Shown piece by piece: positions 51,424-63,203 of a DNA stretch of 64,000 nucleotides. The position numbers were made by a program, and so were the translations under genes. The notes beneath the pieces were generated by a model. The model ran no database searches and was not told the DNA's origin. It was given only the letters and a program-made list of their open reading frames with translations. The stretch is from Thermoanaerobaculia bacterium (GTDB taxonomy: Bacteria; Acidobacteriota; Thermoanaerobaculia; UBA5066): NCBI GenBank assembly GCA_963816185.1, contig CAWFJJ010000028.1, positions 480,001-544,000 on the forward strand, given 5' to 3'. Within the stretch, counting starts at the first letter, position 1. Every line of letters begins with the position of its first letter.

Positions 51424-51927
51424 TCAGGCGAACGGATTCTCGTCCGCGCTCGGACCGTACATGCCCGGCACGGGCACGTCGAGGAGGCGGAGATAGACGG
51501 ACAGCTGGCCGCGGTGATGGACTCCGTGGTTGAGGATCATCATCCGCACGACGGCGAGGCGCGGCATGGAGAAAACGGGTTTGCCCTTCATCGAGAGCGT
51601 CCAAAGTCCCATCGCCCGGGCGTCGTCGAGCTCGTTCAAAGCGTCCTTGGCATCTGCGATCGTCTTGTCGAACAAGGCAACGAGGCCGGTCGTGGTTGGA
51701 GGCGGCGGCGGGGTGCCGACCGTGTTCAACCCGACATCGAAGCCGTCCTCCTTCAGAAAGCCCGTCCAGCGCGGCAGCGTCGCGACGTGCGTCGCGAGCC
51801 TCCCGAGCGTCATCGACTTCGGGTGCGGCGCCCAGTCGTTCTTCCCTTCCGGCACGCGCTCGAGCATCTTGCGAGTCGAAGCGGCCTCACGGTCGAGCTC
51901 CAGGATGGACGGATCGATCAGACGCAT
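51424..51927 (-). CDS. DinB family protein
   Basis: PHPKSMTLGRLATH, NHGVHHRGQLSVYLR, VPGMYGPSADE. Confidence 0.9.
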   Translation of the reverse strand: MRLIDPSILELDREAASTRKMLERVPEGKNDWAPHPKSMTLGRLATHVATLPRWTGFLKEDGFDVGLNTVGTPPPPPTTTGLVALFDKTIADAKDALNELDDARAMGLWTLSMKGKPVFSMPRLAVVRMMILNHGVHHRGQLSVYLRLLDVPVPGMYGPSADENPFA

Positions 51928-51981
51928 AGACGACCTCCTGATTCTGCCCCGCGCCCTGACGGCCCGCGCCGCCGGGAGCCT

Positions 51982-52857
51982 TCAGGCCCGCCGGTTCCCC
52001 CGCTCGTCATATTCATAGAATCCTCTCCCGGTCTTTCTTCCGTACCGCCCCGCAAGCACCATCCGTTTCAGGAGCGGCGGCGGCGCGAAGCGGGACTCGC
52101 GGTACTCGGTGAACATGATCTCCGCGATCGCGTACACGGTGTCGAGTCCGACGTAATCGAGAAGCTCGAACGGGCCCATGGGATGCGCGCAGCCCAGCTT
52201 CATGCCCGTGTCGACGTCCTCGAGCGAGCCCACGCCCTGCTCGTACGCGCGGATCGCGTCGAGGAGGTACGGCACGAGCAATCGGTTGACCACGAACCCC
52301 GAGTTGTCGCGCGCCGCGATGGGCTCCTTGCCGAGGGAACGGGCGAAGGCCGTCACGCGCGCCACCGTCTCGTCGGAAGTCCCGATCGCCCGCACGACCT
52401 CCACGAGCTTCATCACGGGGACGGGGTTGAAGAAGTGCATCCCGGCGAAGCGGTCCGGCCGCGCCGTGGCAGCCGCCATCTCGGCGATCGTGAGCGACGA
52501 CGTGTTCGAGCAGAAGATCGCGTGCGGCGCACATAGCTTGTCGAGCGCCTTGAACACCCCGCGTTTGGCCTCGAGGTTCTCGACAATCGCCTCGCTGACG
52601 AGATCGACCGAAGAGAATCTTTCGAGTGAAGAGGAGAAGTGCAGCCGCGAGAGGATCGCGGATTCATCCTCTTCTCGCAGCTTGCCGCGTTGCTTTGCCT
52701 TCGAAAGGGATTGCGTGATGCGCCTGCGCCCTTTCTCGATCAGCTCGTCGCTGGGTTCGCGGACGACGACCTCGTAGCCTGCCTTCGCGCACACCTCCGC
52801 GATTCCCGACCCCATCAATCCGGCTCCGAGAACTCCGACGGTCTTGATCTCGCTCAT
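51982..52857 (-). CDS. hbd: 3-hydroxybutyryl-CoA dehydrogenase
   Basis: GAGLMGSG, SNTSS, GMHFFNPVP, GFVVNR, HPMGP. Confidence 0.93.
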   Translation of the reverse strand: MSEIKTVGVLGAGLMGSGIAEVCAKAGYEVVVREPSDELIEKGRRRITQSLSKAKQRGKLREEDESAILSRLHFSSSLERFSSVDLVSEAIVENLEAKRGVFKALDKLCAPHAIFCSNTSSLTIAEMAAATARPDRFAGMHFFNPVPVMKLVEVVRAIGTSDETVARVTAFARSLGKEPIAARDNSGFVVNRLLVPYLLDAIRAYEQGVGSLEDVDTGMKLGCAHPMGPFELLDYVGLDTVYAIAEIMFTEYRESRFAPPPLLKRMVLAGRYGRKTGRGFYEYDERGNRRA

Positions 52858-52948
52858 ACAGCACGCCCCACCACGGCGCACGTGCCTGCGAATCTCACTC
52901 TTCCCCTCTTAACCATTCTAAGAATCCTCCGTCTCTTCGAACTTTGCC

Positions 52949-54136
52949 TTACGAGAGACCCTCTACGACCAGCGCCATGCCTTGCCCTCCCCCGATGCAG
53001 GCCGAGGCGAGGCCCCAGCGCTTGCCGCGCCGTCGGAGCTCCTTGAGAAGCGTGAGCGTCAGCCGCGCGCCGCTCGCCCCCAGCGGATGTCCGAGCGCGA
53101 TCGCGCCGCCGTTCACGTTCAGCTTCGTGCGATCGACCCCCAGCTCCTTGATGACTCCGAGAATCTGGCCCGCGAACGCCTCGTTGATCTCGACGAGGTC
53201 CATGTCGCCGAGCGACTTCCCCGCCTTCGCGAGCGCCGCGCGGCACGCCGAGACGGGTCCGAGACCCATTTCGGCGGGCTCGCAGCCCGTGACGGCCTCC
53301 GCCACGAGGCGACCGAGCGGGACGATCCCTTTCGCGCGCGCCTTCTCTTCGGTCGTCACGACCATGGCCACCGCCCCATCCACGATTCCCGACGCGTTGC
53401 CCGCCGTGACCATCCCGTCCTTCCCGAACGCCGGGGCCAGCTTCGCGAGCCCTTCGAGCGTCGAATCCACCGTCAGATGGTCGTCCTCGGACACAGTGAC
53501 GGTTTTGCGCCCCTTCTTCGCTTCGACCGCGATGATCTCTTCCGCGAGCCGCCCCTTCGCGCGGGCGTCGGCGGCCTTCTTCTGGCTTTCGAGCGCGAAC
53601 GCGTCCTGCTCCTCGCGTGAGACGCCGTAGCGCCGAGCGACGTTGTCCGAGGTCTGTGCCATCGCGAGGCCGGGAACCGTGTCGAAAAGGCTGCTCATGA
53701 GCGCGTCTTCGAGCTTGCCCTGTCCGAGCCTGAGCCCGGTCCGGGCGCCGCGGATGACGAACGGCGCCTGACTCATATTCTCCGTGCCGCCGGCGAGCAC
53801 GGCGTCCGTCTCGCCGAGGAGGATCCTCTGTTTCGCCTGGACGATCGCCTCGAAGCCGGAGCCGCACAGGCGGTTCACCGTGAGCGCGGGCACCTCCTTC
53901 GGCACTGCCGACCGGAGGCCGACATGGCGGGCGAGGTAGATGGCGTCGGACGAGGTCTGCAGTACGTTCCCGAAGATCACATGCCCGACCTCCCCGGGCT
54001 CGAAACGAGCCCGGCGCAGAGCTTCGCGGGAGGCTGCGACGGCGAGGTCGGTTGCAGAGGTGTCTGCGAAGAAGCCGTTGTAGTCGGCCATCGCCGTGCG
54101 GACACCTTCGGCGACAACGATCGAAAAGGTGGTCAT
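52949..54136 (-). CDS. Acetyl-CoA C-acyltransferase (thiolase)
   Basis: NRLCGSG, EINEAFA, GHPLGASG, CIGGGQG. Confidence 0.96.
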   Translation of the reverse strand: MTTFSIVVAEGVRTAMADYNGFFADTSATDLAVAASREALRRARFEPGEVGHVIFGNVLQTSSDAIYLARHVGLRSAVPKEVPALTVNRLCGSGFEAIVQAKQRILLGETDAVLAGGTENMSQAPFVIRGARTGLRLGQGKLEDALMSSLFDTVPGLAMAQTSDNVARRYGVSREEQDAFALESQKKAADARAKGRLAEEIIAVEAKKGRKTVTVSEDDHLTVDSTLEGLAKLAPAFGKDGMVTAGNASGIVDGAVAMVVTTEEKARAKGIVPLGRLVAEAVTGCEPAEMGLGPVSACRAALAKAGKSLGDMDLVEINEAFAGQILGVIKELGVDRTKLNVNGGAIALGHPLGASGARLTLTLLKELRRRGKRWGLASACIGGGQGMALVVEGLS

Positions 54137-54175
54137 CGCCGGATTCTATCCCGGCGAATTCCCGTTGGACCCTTT

Positions 54176-54838
54176 TTAAGGTTTGCGTGAAGCCGAGCTC
54201 GCGGCGTTTCTCTCCGGTTCCTTGAAGAGAGGCTTCTCCAGCGCATCCTGCGCCGTTGCGAGGCGCGACCGGAACGGCTCGAGAGTCCTCATGTTCGAGC
54301 GGACGGCGTCACTCTCGCGCACTTTCGATTCCCGGCGCACCCGTTCGGCTTCCGCCTCGAATTGCGCCGTCTGCTCCGCGAGGAGTTTTCGCGAGCCTTC
54401 GTCGGCAGCGTCCCCCCGCCGGGCCTTCAGGTCCGCCAGCGTCTTCTCGAGCATCGCGAGGGCCGAGGTGTTGAGCCGGGCGGTCATCGTCGCCGCCTCG
54501 GCTTCGAGAACGCGCTCCTTGACCCAGAGGAACTCCTCGACGTTCACGCGGCGGGCCCGTGCCGCGGCGACGTCCGCCGGAACGGTCGAGAGAGGATCGC
54601 TTTCGGGTGTAGGCCGCGCTCCCCGCCGGTCGAGACGCACGCGTTCGAGAATGGACAGAAACATCTGGATCTGGGCCGCCGTCACGCGCCCGTCGGCGGG
54701 AGGCCGGTAAACGTCGCGCGGCTCGGGGGGCTGCGACAGAGGCGCGCTCGTGGACGCTGCGGGATTCGAGTCGGGCGAGCCGCAACCGACGCCGGCGGCC
54801 GCGAGAACGACGAGGAGGGTGCGAACGCAATGGCGCAC
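54176..54838 (-). CDS. Hypothetical lipoprotein
   Basis: Lipobox-like GVGC after a hydrophobic stretch; helical body. Confidence 0.7.
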   Translation of the reverse strand: MRHCVRTLLVVLAAAGVGCGSPDSNPAASTSAPLSQPPEPRDVYRPPADGRVTAAQIQMFLSILERVRLDRRGARPTPESDPLSTVPADVAAARARRVNVEEFLWVKERVLEAEAATMTARLNTSALAMLEKTLADLKARRGDAADEGSRKLLAEQTAQFEAEAERVRRESKVRESDAVRSNMRTLEPFRSRLATAQDALEKPLFKEPERNAASSASRKP

Positions 54839-54876
54839 GCCGGAATGATAGCCGCGTGGTACGATTTTTTCGCCCC

Positions 54877-56590
54877 ATGCTGACGCAAGTCGGGAAGTAC
54901 CAGATCGTCGAAAAGATCGGCGTGGGCGGGTTTGGAACCGTCTACAAGGGCCGGGATCCGTTCATCAAGCGGTCCGTCGCCATCAAAACCTGTCAGAGCG
55001 AGGAAGAGGAGATCAAGAAGCGGTTCTTCCGCGAGGCCGAGTTCGCGGGGAACCTGCACCACCGGAACGTCACCACGATCTACGATTTCGGCGTCACCGA
55101 CGACGGCACGCCTTATATCGTCCAGGAGTTCCTCACCGGCAGCGACCTCGACAAGGCGATCAAGAAGAAGGAGCCGCTCACCCTCCAGCGCAAGCTTCAG
55201 ATCTTGATCGACGTGTGTGACGGGCTCGGTTACGCGCACGGGGCCGGCATCATCCACCGCGACATCAAGCCGTCGAACATACGCATTCTCGAGGACGGCA
55301 CCGTCAAGATCATGGACTTCGGCATCGCGAAGTCGATGGTCTCTCAATCGACCCTCACGCAGACCGGGATCACGCTCGGCACCGCTTCGTACCTCGCGCC
55401 GGAGCAGATCCGCGGCGAGGATCTCGACCCGCGGACCGACATCTTCTCGCTCGGCGTCCTCGCCTACGAGATGCTGACCGGCCAGAAACCCTTCACGGGC
55501 GATCACATCTCGACGGTTCTCTACAAGATCATGAACGAGCCGCCCGCCCCGCCGAGCTCGCTCGACCCGGCACTCCCTCACGGACTCGACGCCATGGTCC
55601 TCAAGGCTCTCGAGAAAGACCGAGCGAAGCGTTTCTCGTCGTGCGGCGAGATGCGCGCCGACTGCATCGCGCTTCTTCAGAGCGTGCCCCAGGGACCCGC
55701 GTTCCAGATGCCGGAAGGCGACACGGAAAAGACGATCGCGACGCCGACGTCGGGCATCCCGAACACGGCGTCCGTATCGCGCCGTACGCCAACCGGGGGC
55801 AGGCCTCCGCGCGTCCTCGACACGCCGCTCGCGCCCGCCACCCCCAGCCCCACGTCCGGAGGGATCGGGGACGTGCGTCTTCACACGGACACCGGCGCCA
55901 GCCATCCGGTGCCTGTGCGCGAGGAGGGCGGCGGCTCGGCTCTGGCCCTGAAAGTCCTCCTCGCGGCGGTCGTCCTTCTGGCCGTGGCGGGCTCCGTCTG
56001 GTACATCGCGCAGCAGCGGCACGCCGTGGTTCCGGTCGCACCCACGCCCGTCCCGGTCCCGACGGCCGCACCCGCGCCGACCGCGCTGCCGGAGCCGACG
56101 CCCACGTCCGTGCCCGTGCCGACCGTCGCCGTGAAGGAGGTCCCGACCGACCGCTGTGGTCACGTTCAAATCGAACATCTACGCCGAGCTCTCGATAAAC
56201 GGAAAACGCCAGCCGGCCAGCCTCCCGGCCGCGACGCGCGTCACGCTGAAGCCGGGACGGTACGTCGCCGTCTTCGACGCTCCGGCTTTCATGAAGGTCC
56301 AGGAGGAATTCGAGATCCCCGCCGCGAATCCGACTCCCCTGACGATCATCGGGAAGTTCCCTCCTCGCGCGATCCTGTCCCTCACGGCCCGTCCCGTCGG
56401 CGCCGAGATCCGCATCGATGGCGTCCTCATCGGCTCTTCTTCCGGAGCCCCGATCCGGAAGACGCTGCGAGCGGGTCCTCACGAGATCTCCGTGAGCCTC
56501 GCGGGCTACAGGACGGAAGCGCGATCGGTGGATCTCAAGGAATCTGACGAGATCTACGTTATTCCCGCGATCGAGCTGAAGAAGGAGTAG
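54877..56590 (+). CDS. Membrane Ser/Thr kinase with C-terminal PEGA-like domains; apparent frameshift near 56150
   Basis: IGVGGFGTVY, HRDIKPSN, DFG, YLAPE, TM, PT linker; frame 56156..56590 has ARPVGAEIRIDG..G...LRAGPHEI..SLAGY. Confidence 0.92.
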
Positions 56591-56604
56591 CTACAATCCG
56601 GGGG

Positions 56605-58270
56605 ATGCGGATGCGCGTGCTCCTCGCGGCGGCCGGAATCCTCCTCCTCGCGGGCGTTCCCGCTTTTCGCGCAGGAAGGCTCCGAGTCGCTCGAGAAGGA
56701 AGCGCGCAAGGCCGTCAACGCCGGCCAGTTCCGTAAAGCCGCGCTGAAGTTCGAGAGCTCCGCCTCGGCGGCGAGCGATCCGCAGCGCCGCTCGCGCATG
56801 CTCGTGCAGGCCGCATGGGCGCATTTCAACGACGGAAAGAGATCCGAGGCTCAGGACGCGCTCCGTCGCGCCTTCACGGGCAGTCCCGACCTCGAGATCG
56901 TGCCCGACTTCTTCTCGCCCGAGTTCGTCAAGCTTGCGGGCGAAGTGCGCGCGGCCGCGCTTGCCGCGATTCCGCCTCCGGCGGCCGATCTCGGCGAGAT
57001 GAAGCGTGTCGCGAGAGAGAAGCTCGCGGACGGCAACACCGACGACGTCATCCACGATCTCCTCTACAGCGTGCCGCGCGAGAAGCTCGACGCGGAGGCG
57101 CTCGAGCTCCTCGCGCAGGCCTACGAGAAGCAGGGCAAGTTCACCGAGGCGGCGAAGGTCCGCGCTTCCGGGCCCGGCGGCCCGACGGCTCCCCCGGCGC
57201 CGCCCACCGGCTCTCGGCCGTCCGCCGGCGGCGTCGCGGCCGTGCCCCCGCCTGCTTCGGCACCCGGCACGGACTACCTCGCTCTCGGCCGAGCGGCTCT
57301 CGCGCGCGGTGACTCCCTGAACGCCCAGACGGCCGCAAACCGGCTCCTCGAGATCGACCCGCAATCCAGCGACGCGTACCGGCTTCTGGGAAACGCCTAC
57401 GCCCTCCGCGGCGAGAAATCCTTCGCCGAGGCGAACCTCAGGCAGTCGCTCAAGTACAACCAAAAGAACGAGGGAACGCTCCTCGACCTGTACGAGCTTT
57501 CGCTGGCAGACAAGAACTGGGACGCCGCGCTCGACGCGCTGCGCCGCGCAACCGAGGTGAATCCCCAGAACGGTGCACGACTCCTCGCTCTCGGCCGCAA
57601 GGCGTACGCGGACCGGGATCTCACGCATGCCCGGCAGGTCTTCGCGACCGCCGCGGCGGCGTCTCCGAAAGACGTCTCGGTCCTGACCGAGTACGCGAAC
57701 GTCCTCCTGCAGGCGCACGACGTCGACGCCGCTCTCGACCCTCTCATGAAGGCGGCAGCCGCCGAGCCGGACCGCGAGATCGTGCGCGCGAACCTCGCCT
57801 CCGTCCTGCGAAAGAAGGGCCTTTGGAAGGACGCCGAGAAGGAATACCGCGAGGCGATCCGCTCCGATCCCGATTACGCCCCCGCGCTGCGCGGACTCGG
57901 TTCGCTTCTTCTCGAGCGCGGCCAGGCCGCCGAGGCGATCGAGCCTCTCAGGAAGGCGGTTCTTCGTGACCCGGCGAATCTCGAGGGCGCTTGGGCGCTC
58001 GCCCGCGCCCTGCGCCAGACCGGCGCATTGAAGGACGCCGCCGAGAGCCTCGCTCGGTCGTCCGTCCAGGACAAGGCGATCCTCGACGACGAGGCCGGCG
58101 CCGTGGCCTACGAGCGCGGCCGCTACGAAGAGGCCGTGGGCTTCTTCGAGAAGGCGCTCGCGAAAGAGCCTGGCTCACCGGGGTCAGCCGTGTACAAGGC
58201 GAACCGCGACAAGGCCGCAGCAGCGGTGGCGTTCCTCAAGGGCTCGGGCCTCACGGTTCCCGAGCGCTGA
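56605..58270 (+). CDS. Secreted TPR-repeat protein; apparent +1 error near 56660
   Basis: Signal peptide MRMRVLLAAAGILLLAG from 56605 is out of frame with the FAQEGS...TPR body; multiple TPR repeats. Confidence 0.85.
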
Positions 58271-58298
58271 AGGCAGACCGCCGCCACACCGTCGTCCC

Positions 58299-58938
58299 TT
58301 ACCCCGGCGAAGCGGCGCCCGGAACGTCGTCTCCCCGCATCGCGGCCAGCAGATCCGTGAGGATTCGCGCGGTCGCGCCCCAGATCGCGTGCCCGCGGTA
58401 GTGGTAGACGAGCGTCATCACGTCCCGGCCCTCTCCACTTCACGGCGCGCTCCTCGACGACCATCGGGTCGAGGAGGTACGCCAACGGGACCTCGATGAT
58501 GGATTCCACCTCGCCCGCGTGCGGCGCGAACGTGATCGGATAGGGAATCGCACCGACGAACGGCGAGACCTCGAAGTCCGTGACGGTCTCGAGCTTCGGC
58601 AGCGCGCCCAGGATGCGGACGCTGGAGCGCGGGACGCCGATCTCCTCCTCGGTCTCGCGGATCGCCGTCTCCCAGAGGTTTGCGTCGCGGTCGGACACTC
58701 CACCGCCCGGGAACGAGATCTGGCCCTTGTGATGCTCGACCAAGTCCGTCCGCTTCGTGAAGAGAGTCCAGAGAGCCTTCTCGCGCACGTATAGCGGGAT
58801 CAGAACTGCCGCCGCGCGGAGCGGCGGCGAGCCCTCCGGCCTCTCGGTGGAGCGCGGACGCACCGGGAAGCCGCGGCTGAGCCGCGCCCTCAGATCTTCC
58901 ATCCAGGGGCTGTATGCGCCGCCGGGGGACTCCGTCAT
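58299..58938 (-). CDS. Nudix CoA pyrophosphatase (NudL-like); apparent frameshift near 58430
   Basis: AAVLIPL, HKGQISFPGG, AIRETEEEIG; after the shift VYHYRGHAIWGATARIL with stop at 58299. Confidence 0.9.
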
Positions 58939-60084
58939 GGAGCAGCGTCGGGCGCGCCGAATCCCTGCCGCTCTGCCGCGGCCTTCTCGCCCCTCTTCAC
59001 GAAGGACTGGAGATAGGCCTCGATGAAGCCGTCGAGGTCGCCGTCGAGCACCCGGTCCACGTCCCCGACCTCGAAGTTCGTCCGGTGGTCCTTTATGAGC
59101 CGGTACGGCGCGAGGACGTACGAGCGGATCTGCGACCCGAACCCGATCTCCATCTTCGTGCCCGCGCGCTCGGCGTCCTTCGCCTGGCGCTCTTCGAGGG
59201 CGCGTTGGTAAAGGCGCGACCTCAGAACCTTCATCGCCGCATCCTTGTTCTTGTGCTGGGAACGCTCGTTCTGGCACTGAACGACGAGCCCCGAAGGAAG
59301 GTGCGTGATGCGGATCGCCGACTCCGTCTTGTTGACGTGCTGCCCTCCCTTGCCGCCCGCCCGGAACGTGTCGATCCGGAGGTCCTTGTCGCCGATCTCG
59401 ACCTCGATCGTGTCGTCGATCTCCGGCGACACGTAAACCGCGGCAAACGACGTGTGTCGACGCGCCGCGGCATCGAACGGCGAGATGCGCACGAGCCGAT
59501 GCACGCCGCGCTCGGCCTTCATGTGTCCGTACGCGTACTCCCCCTCGAAACGCAGCGTCGCGGTCTTGATGCCCGCATCCTCGGCGTACGTCGCCTCGAG
59601 AACGTCCGTCTTCCATCCGCGCCGCTCCCCGTAGCGGAGGTACATGCGCATGAGCATCTCGGCCCAGTCCTGCGCCTCCGTCCCGCCGGCCCCCGCGTGG
59701 ATCTCGACGATCGCCGGCAGCGGATCCTCGTCGTGGGTGAGCTTGAAGGTCAGCTCCTTGTGGCGCGCCCAGGGCGCGATCGCCGCGAGCGCCTGATCGG
59801 CGTCCGCCTCCACTTTCTCGCCCGAGCGCAGGAACTCCGCAAGGATCTCGAGCTCGTCCTGCCGTTCCTTGAGGTCCTTGTCGTCCGCGAGGACGCGCTC
59901 GGCGCGCTTCAGCTTGCGCAGAGTCTCCTGCGCCTCGAGGGCGTTCGTCCAGAAATCCGGCTCACCGGTCTTCCGTTCGAGCTCTTCTTTCTCTTTCGCC
60001 GCCTTGCGGACGTCAAAGATAGCCCCGGAGGGCGCTCACGGACGACGCGAGTTCGAGCAGGCGCTCAATGCGTTCTTCGTTCAC
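58935..60084 (-). CDS. prfB: Peptide chain release factor 2 with programmed +1 frameshift
   Basis: GTG 60084 ...LRGYL then CTT TGA C at 60018-60012; GAGGTEAQDWA, SPF, GGQHVNKTESA, GSQIRSY. Confidence 0.97.
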
Positions 60085-61630
60085 GTGGAACTTCCTCCCG
60101 ACGCGCGCGGAGAATACCGGCCACCAGCCCTGCCGCGCAAACCCACGCCACCGCGTCGCCTGCGGCCGTCGCGGGCGGCTTTGCGGAGGGCCGCTCGAGC
60201 AGCACGGCGAATGCGCCTTTCGTGTCGGGACCGAGCGTGACGAGAACGTTCCCCCTTCCATCCACCGCTCCGCTGATTCCGGTGATCGCCGCGCGCACGA
60301 GAGGACGGCCGGTCTCGATCGCGCGCAGGACGGCCGACTGCCAGTGCTGCCGCTGCGCGCCGGCACGTCCGTACCAGGCGTCGTTCGTGAGCGTGAACAG
60401 GACGTCGGCTCCCGCGCGCGTCTCCTCCCGCGCGATCCACGGGTAGACGACCTCGTAGCACACGGCACCCCCGAGCCTCCAGCTCCCGAGCGGCAGCAGA
60501 GCCGCCCCGGTTCCGGGAGTGAACGCCGACGGCACCGCACGGCTGATCGGCCGGATCATCCGAAAGAGGCCGGCGAGCGGCACGTACTCGCCGAAAGGCA
60601 CCAGCCGCTGCTTGAAGTAAGGCGGCGTCACGGGGCCGTCTTTCGTCACGAGAAGGGCAGCGTTGTAGAACGGCGCGTCCGGATTGCCTGGCTCGTCGGA
60701 CCAGACCGTGCTCAGAAGGATCGCGATGTCGAGCTCTTTGCAGAGAGTGACGACCCGGTCGCGGAAGGCGGGCGCGAACGACCAGGCGTAGGGTGCCGCG
60801 CTTTCCGGCCACAGCACGAGGACCGGCCGGCCGTGGCGGCACAGGCTCCGGGTCTGGTCCTCGAGACCGTCGAAGAGGCGTTCTGCGGTTCCGGCTTCCC
60901 AGCGAAGGTCCTGTGCCACGTTCGGCTGGACGACCCCGACCTTGAGGAACTCTCCTGACGCGCGCGGCCGCGGGGGCCCGGCCGCTCCCGCGATCACCGC
61001 CGCGAGCGTCGCGCCCGCGAGCCACGCCAGGCGCAGGTTTCGTACGGGCCGCGTGAGCGCGACGAAGAGCGCCGCGTTCAGAGCCGCCACGAGAAACGAG
61101 GAGAGCAAGACGCCTCCGAGAGCGGCGGTGCCGAGCAGCTGAGGGACGTCGGCGAGCGGGTTCGCGAGGAGCGCCCACGGGAAGCCGCCGAAGATCCAGA
61201 CGGTCGTGCGAAAGAGCTCCTGGAGTACCCACGCCGCGCCGAAGGTCGCCACGACGCCGGCGGCCGAGCGCGGCGCGACCCACGCGTAGAGGAGGCTCAT
61301 GACGCCGAACGGCACCGCACAAATCGCGGCGGCGAGCACGAGCGCGAGGACCGCGACGAACCCGGGAACGCCGCCAAAGCGGTGCACGGTGTAGGCGATC
61401 CAGGGAATCGTCACGATCCAGAAGGCGAGGCCGAAGACATAGCCGAGAAATGCTGCGTCCTTCGGACGCGCGCCGTCGAGCGCGGCGACCAGCGGGATCA
61501 GCGCGACGGGAAGCAGCGGAAGGATCGAAAAGTTCGGAAAACACAGCGCTAGAAGGACGCCGGAGGCGAGAGAGAAGAGAAGACGAGAGATTTTCTTAGA
61601 AGGTAATACGGACAACGAAAGCAAAATCAA
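60065..61630 (-). CDS. lnt: Apolipoprotein N-acyltransferase
   Basis: GGFPW, VQPN, WPESA, KQRLVPFGEYVP, VCYE, TNDAWY, RAIETGR; TTG start overlapping the lipA stop is inferred. Confidence 0.95.
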   Translation of the reverse strand: MILLSLSVLPSKKISRLLFSLASGVLLALCFPNFSILPLLPVALIPLVAALDGARPKDAAFLGYVFGLAFWIVTIPWIAYTVHRFGGVPGFVAVLALVLAAAICAVPFGVMSLLYAWVAPRSAAGVVATFGAAWVLQELFRTTVWIFGGFPWALLANPLADVPQLLGTAALGGVLLSSFLVAALNAALFVALTRPVRNLRLAWLAGATLAAVIAGAAGPPRPRASGEFLKVGVVQPNVAQDLRWEAGTAERLFDGLEDQTRSLCRHGRPVLVLWPESAAPYAWSFAPAFRDRVVTLCKELDIAILLSTVWSDEPGNPDAPFYNAALLVTKDGPVTPPYFKQRLVPFGEYVPLAGLFRMIRPISRAVPSAFTPGTGAALLPLGSWRLGGAVCYEVVYPWIAREETRAGADVLFTLTNDAWYGRAGAQRQHWQSAVLRAIETGRPLVRAAITGISGAVDGRGNVLVTLGPDTKGAFAVLLERPSAKPPATAAGDAVAWVCAAGLVAGILRARREEVPRERRTH

Positions 61631-62508
61631 TCTTTCTTCGGCGCGAACTCTTCCGCCCGGTAGCTCGAGCGGACGAACGGGCCGGAGAAGACGGCCGAGA
61701 AGCCGAGCTCCATTCCCTGCGCCTCGAGAGACGCGAAGCGCTCGGGCGTCGCGTATTCCACGACGGGCAGGTTCCACGCGGAGGGCCTGAGGTACTGCCC
61801 CACCGTGACGACGTCGACGCCGGCGCCGCGCAGCGCGCGAAAGACGTCCACGACTTCGTCGTCCTCCTCGCCGAGGCCGAGCATGAGGCCGGACTTCGTC
61901 GTCATGGCCGGATGCCGCGCCTTCACCCGGGCGAGGAGATCCACGGAGCGGCGAAACGCCGACTTCGGGCGGACGCTGCCGTAGAGGCGGGGAACCGTCT
62001 CGACGTTGTGGTTGTAGACGTCCGGGCCGGAATCCGCGACGCGGTCGATCGCCTCCGCGGCCCCCCGGAAGTCGGGTGTCAGCACCTCGACCGTGCGGGA
62101 GAGGTCGTTGTCCTTCAGCGCCCTCACGACGGCCGCCCAGTGCGCCGAGCCCCCGTCGTCGAGGTCGTCGCGGTCCACGGACGTCACCACGATGTGCCGG
62201 ATTCCCATCTCGTTCGCCGCGTCGACGAGGCGCCTCGGCTCTTCCGGGTCGAGGGGCGAAGGACGCCCGGACGTGATGTGGCAGAAGCCGCACGCACGCG
62301 TGCAGACGTCGCCCGCGATGAGAAACGTGGCCGTCTTCCGCTCGAAGCATTCCGTGCGGTTCGGGCAGCGGGCCTCCTCGCAGACCGTCGAGAGGCTTCC
62401 GCGGCGCATTCGCGCCTTCATTTCATGGAGCTCGGCGAGCCGCAGCTTTTTCTTGCGAATCCAGACGGGGAGGGCGGGCGTTCCTCGGACAGGCTGAGGG
62501 CGGCTCAT
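61627..62508 (-). CDS. lipA: Lipoyl synthase
   Basis: TVCEEARCPNRTEC, CTRACGFC, TSVDRDDL, VRSSYRA. Confidence 0.98.
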   Translation of the reverse strand: MSRPQPVRGTPALPVWIRKKKLRLAELHEMKARMRRGSLSTVCEEARCPNRTECFERKTATFLIAGDVCTRACGFCHITSGRPSPLDPEEPRRLVDAANEMGIRHIVVTSVDRDDLDDGGSAHWAAVVRALKDNDLSRTVEVLTPDFRGAAEAIDRVADSGPDVYNHNVETVPRLYGSVRPKSAFRRSVDLLARVKARHPAMTTKSGLMLGLGEEDDEVVDVFRALRGAGVDVVTVGQYLRPSAWNLPVVEYATPERFASLEAQGMELGFSAVFSGPFVRSSYRAEEFAPKKD

Positions 62509-63203
62509 GGCGTCACGAGCGGCTTGTTCTTGATCTGCTTGTCGGTCTGCTTGATCTTCCGAGCCGTCGCCTCCGCCTTCGATCTGTCCTTGAAAGGTCC
62601 CACGCGCACCCGGAACCAGCCGGCCTTGCCGGGGACGGCCGAGACGTCTGCGGTGAAGCCCTCGTTCCTGAGCCGCTTCAGGAGGTCGTCGGCGGCCTGG
62701 GCCTTCTTCGTCGCGAGCAACTGGACCCAGAACGGTCCCTTCGGCGCGGCCTTTGCGCTTGCGGGAGCGGCCTTTGCGGCAGCCGTCTTTGAGGCAGCGG
62801 CCTTTGCGGGCGGAGCCGCCGTGGGGGCGGGAGGTTTCGGCGTCGGCACCGCCGTGGCCGCGGGGGCCGGTGTCGGGGCGGCCGCCGCTTCCTTCGGAGT
62901 CCCGCGCTTGTCGGAGGCGAAGCCGAGAGCTTCCTCGGCGGGCTTCTTCTCTTCGCGGGGATTTTCCGAGGGCGCGAGCGTCGGGACGGGCAGGTCAGAG
63001 GCCGTCGCCAACGCGGTCACCGCGCCCGGGCCCTTCCGCGCCGCCGCGCCCGTCTTCATCCCGAGGAAGAAAGCGAGCGCGAGCGCGACGAGAAGAAGCA
63101 GGAAGAAAAAAGCCGCTTGCCGCCCCGTGACGGAGACCTGGTAATGGACGGGCGGCCGGTCATGTCGTTCCTCTGGGCCTTCCGAGAGGCCGAGAGCGGT
63201 CAT
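62505..63203 (-). CDS. SPOR-domain membrane protein (DedD/FtsN-like)
   Basis: N-terminal TM, Ala/Pro linker, FWVQL...WFRVRVGPF. Confidence 0.88.
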   Translation of the reverse strand: MTALGLSEGPEERHDRPPVHYQVSVTGRQAAFFFLLLLVALALAFFLGMKTGAAARKGPGAVTALATASDLPVPTLAPSENPREEKKPAEEALGFASDKRGTPKEAAAAPTPAPAATAVPTPKPPAPTAAPPAKAAASKTAAAKAAPASAKAAPKGPFWVQLLATKKAQAADDLLKRLRNEGFTADVSAVPGKAGWFRVRVGPFKDRSKAEATARKIKQTDKQIKNKPLVTP

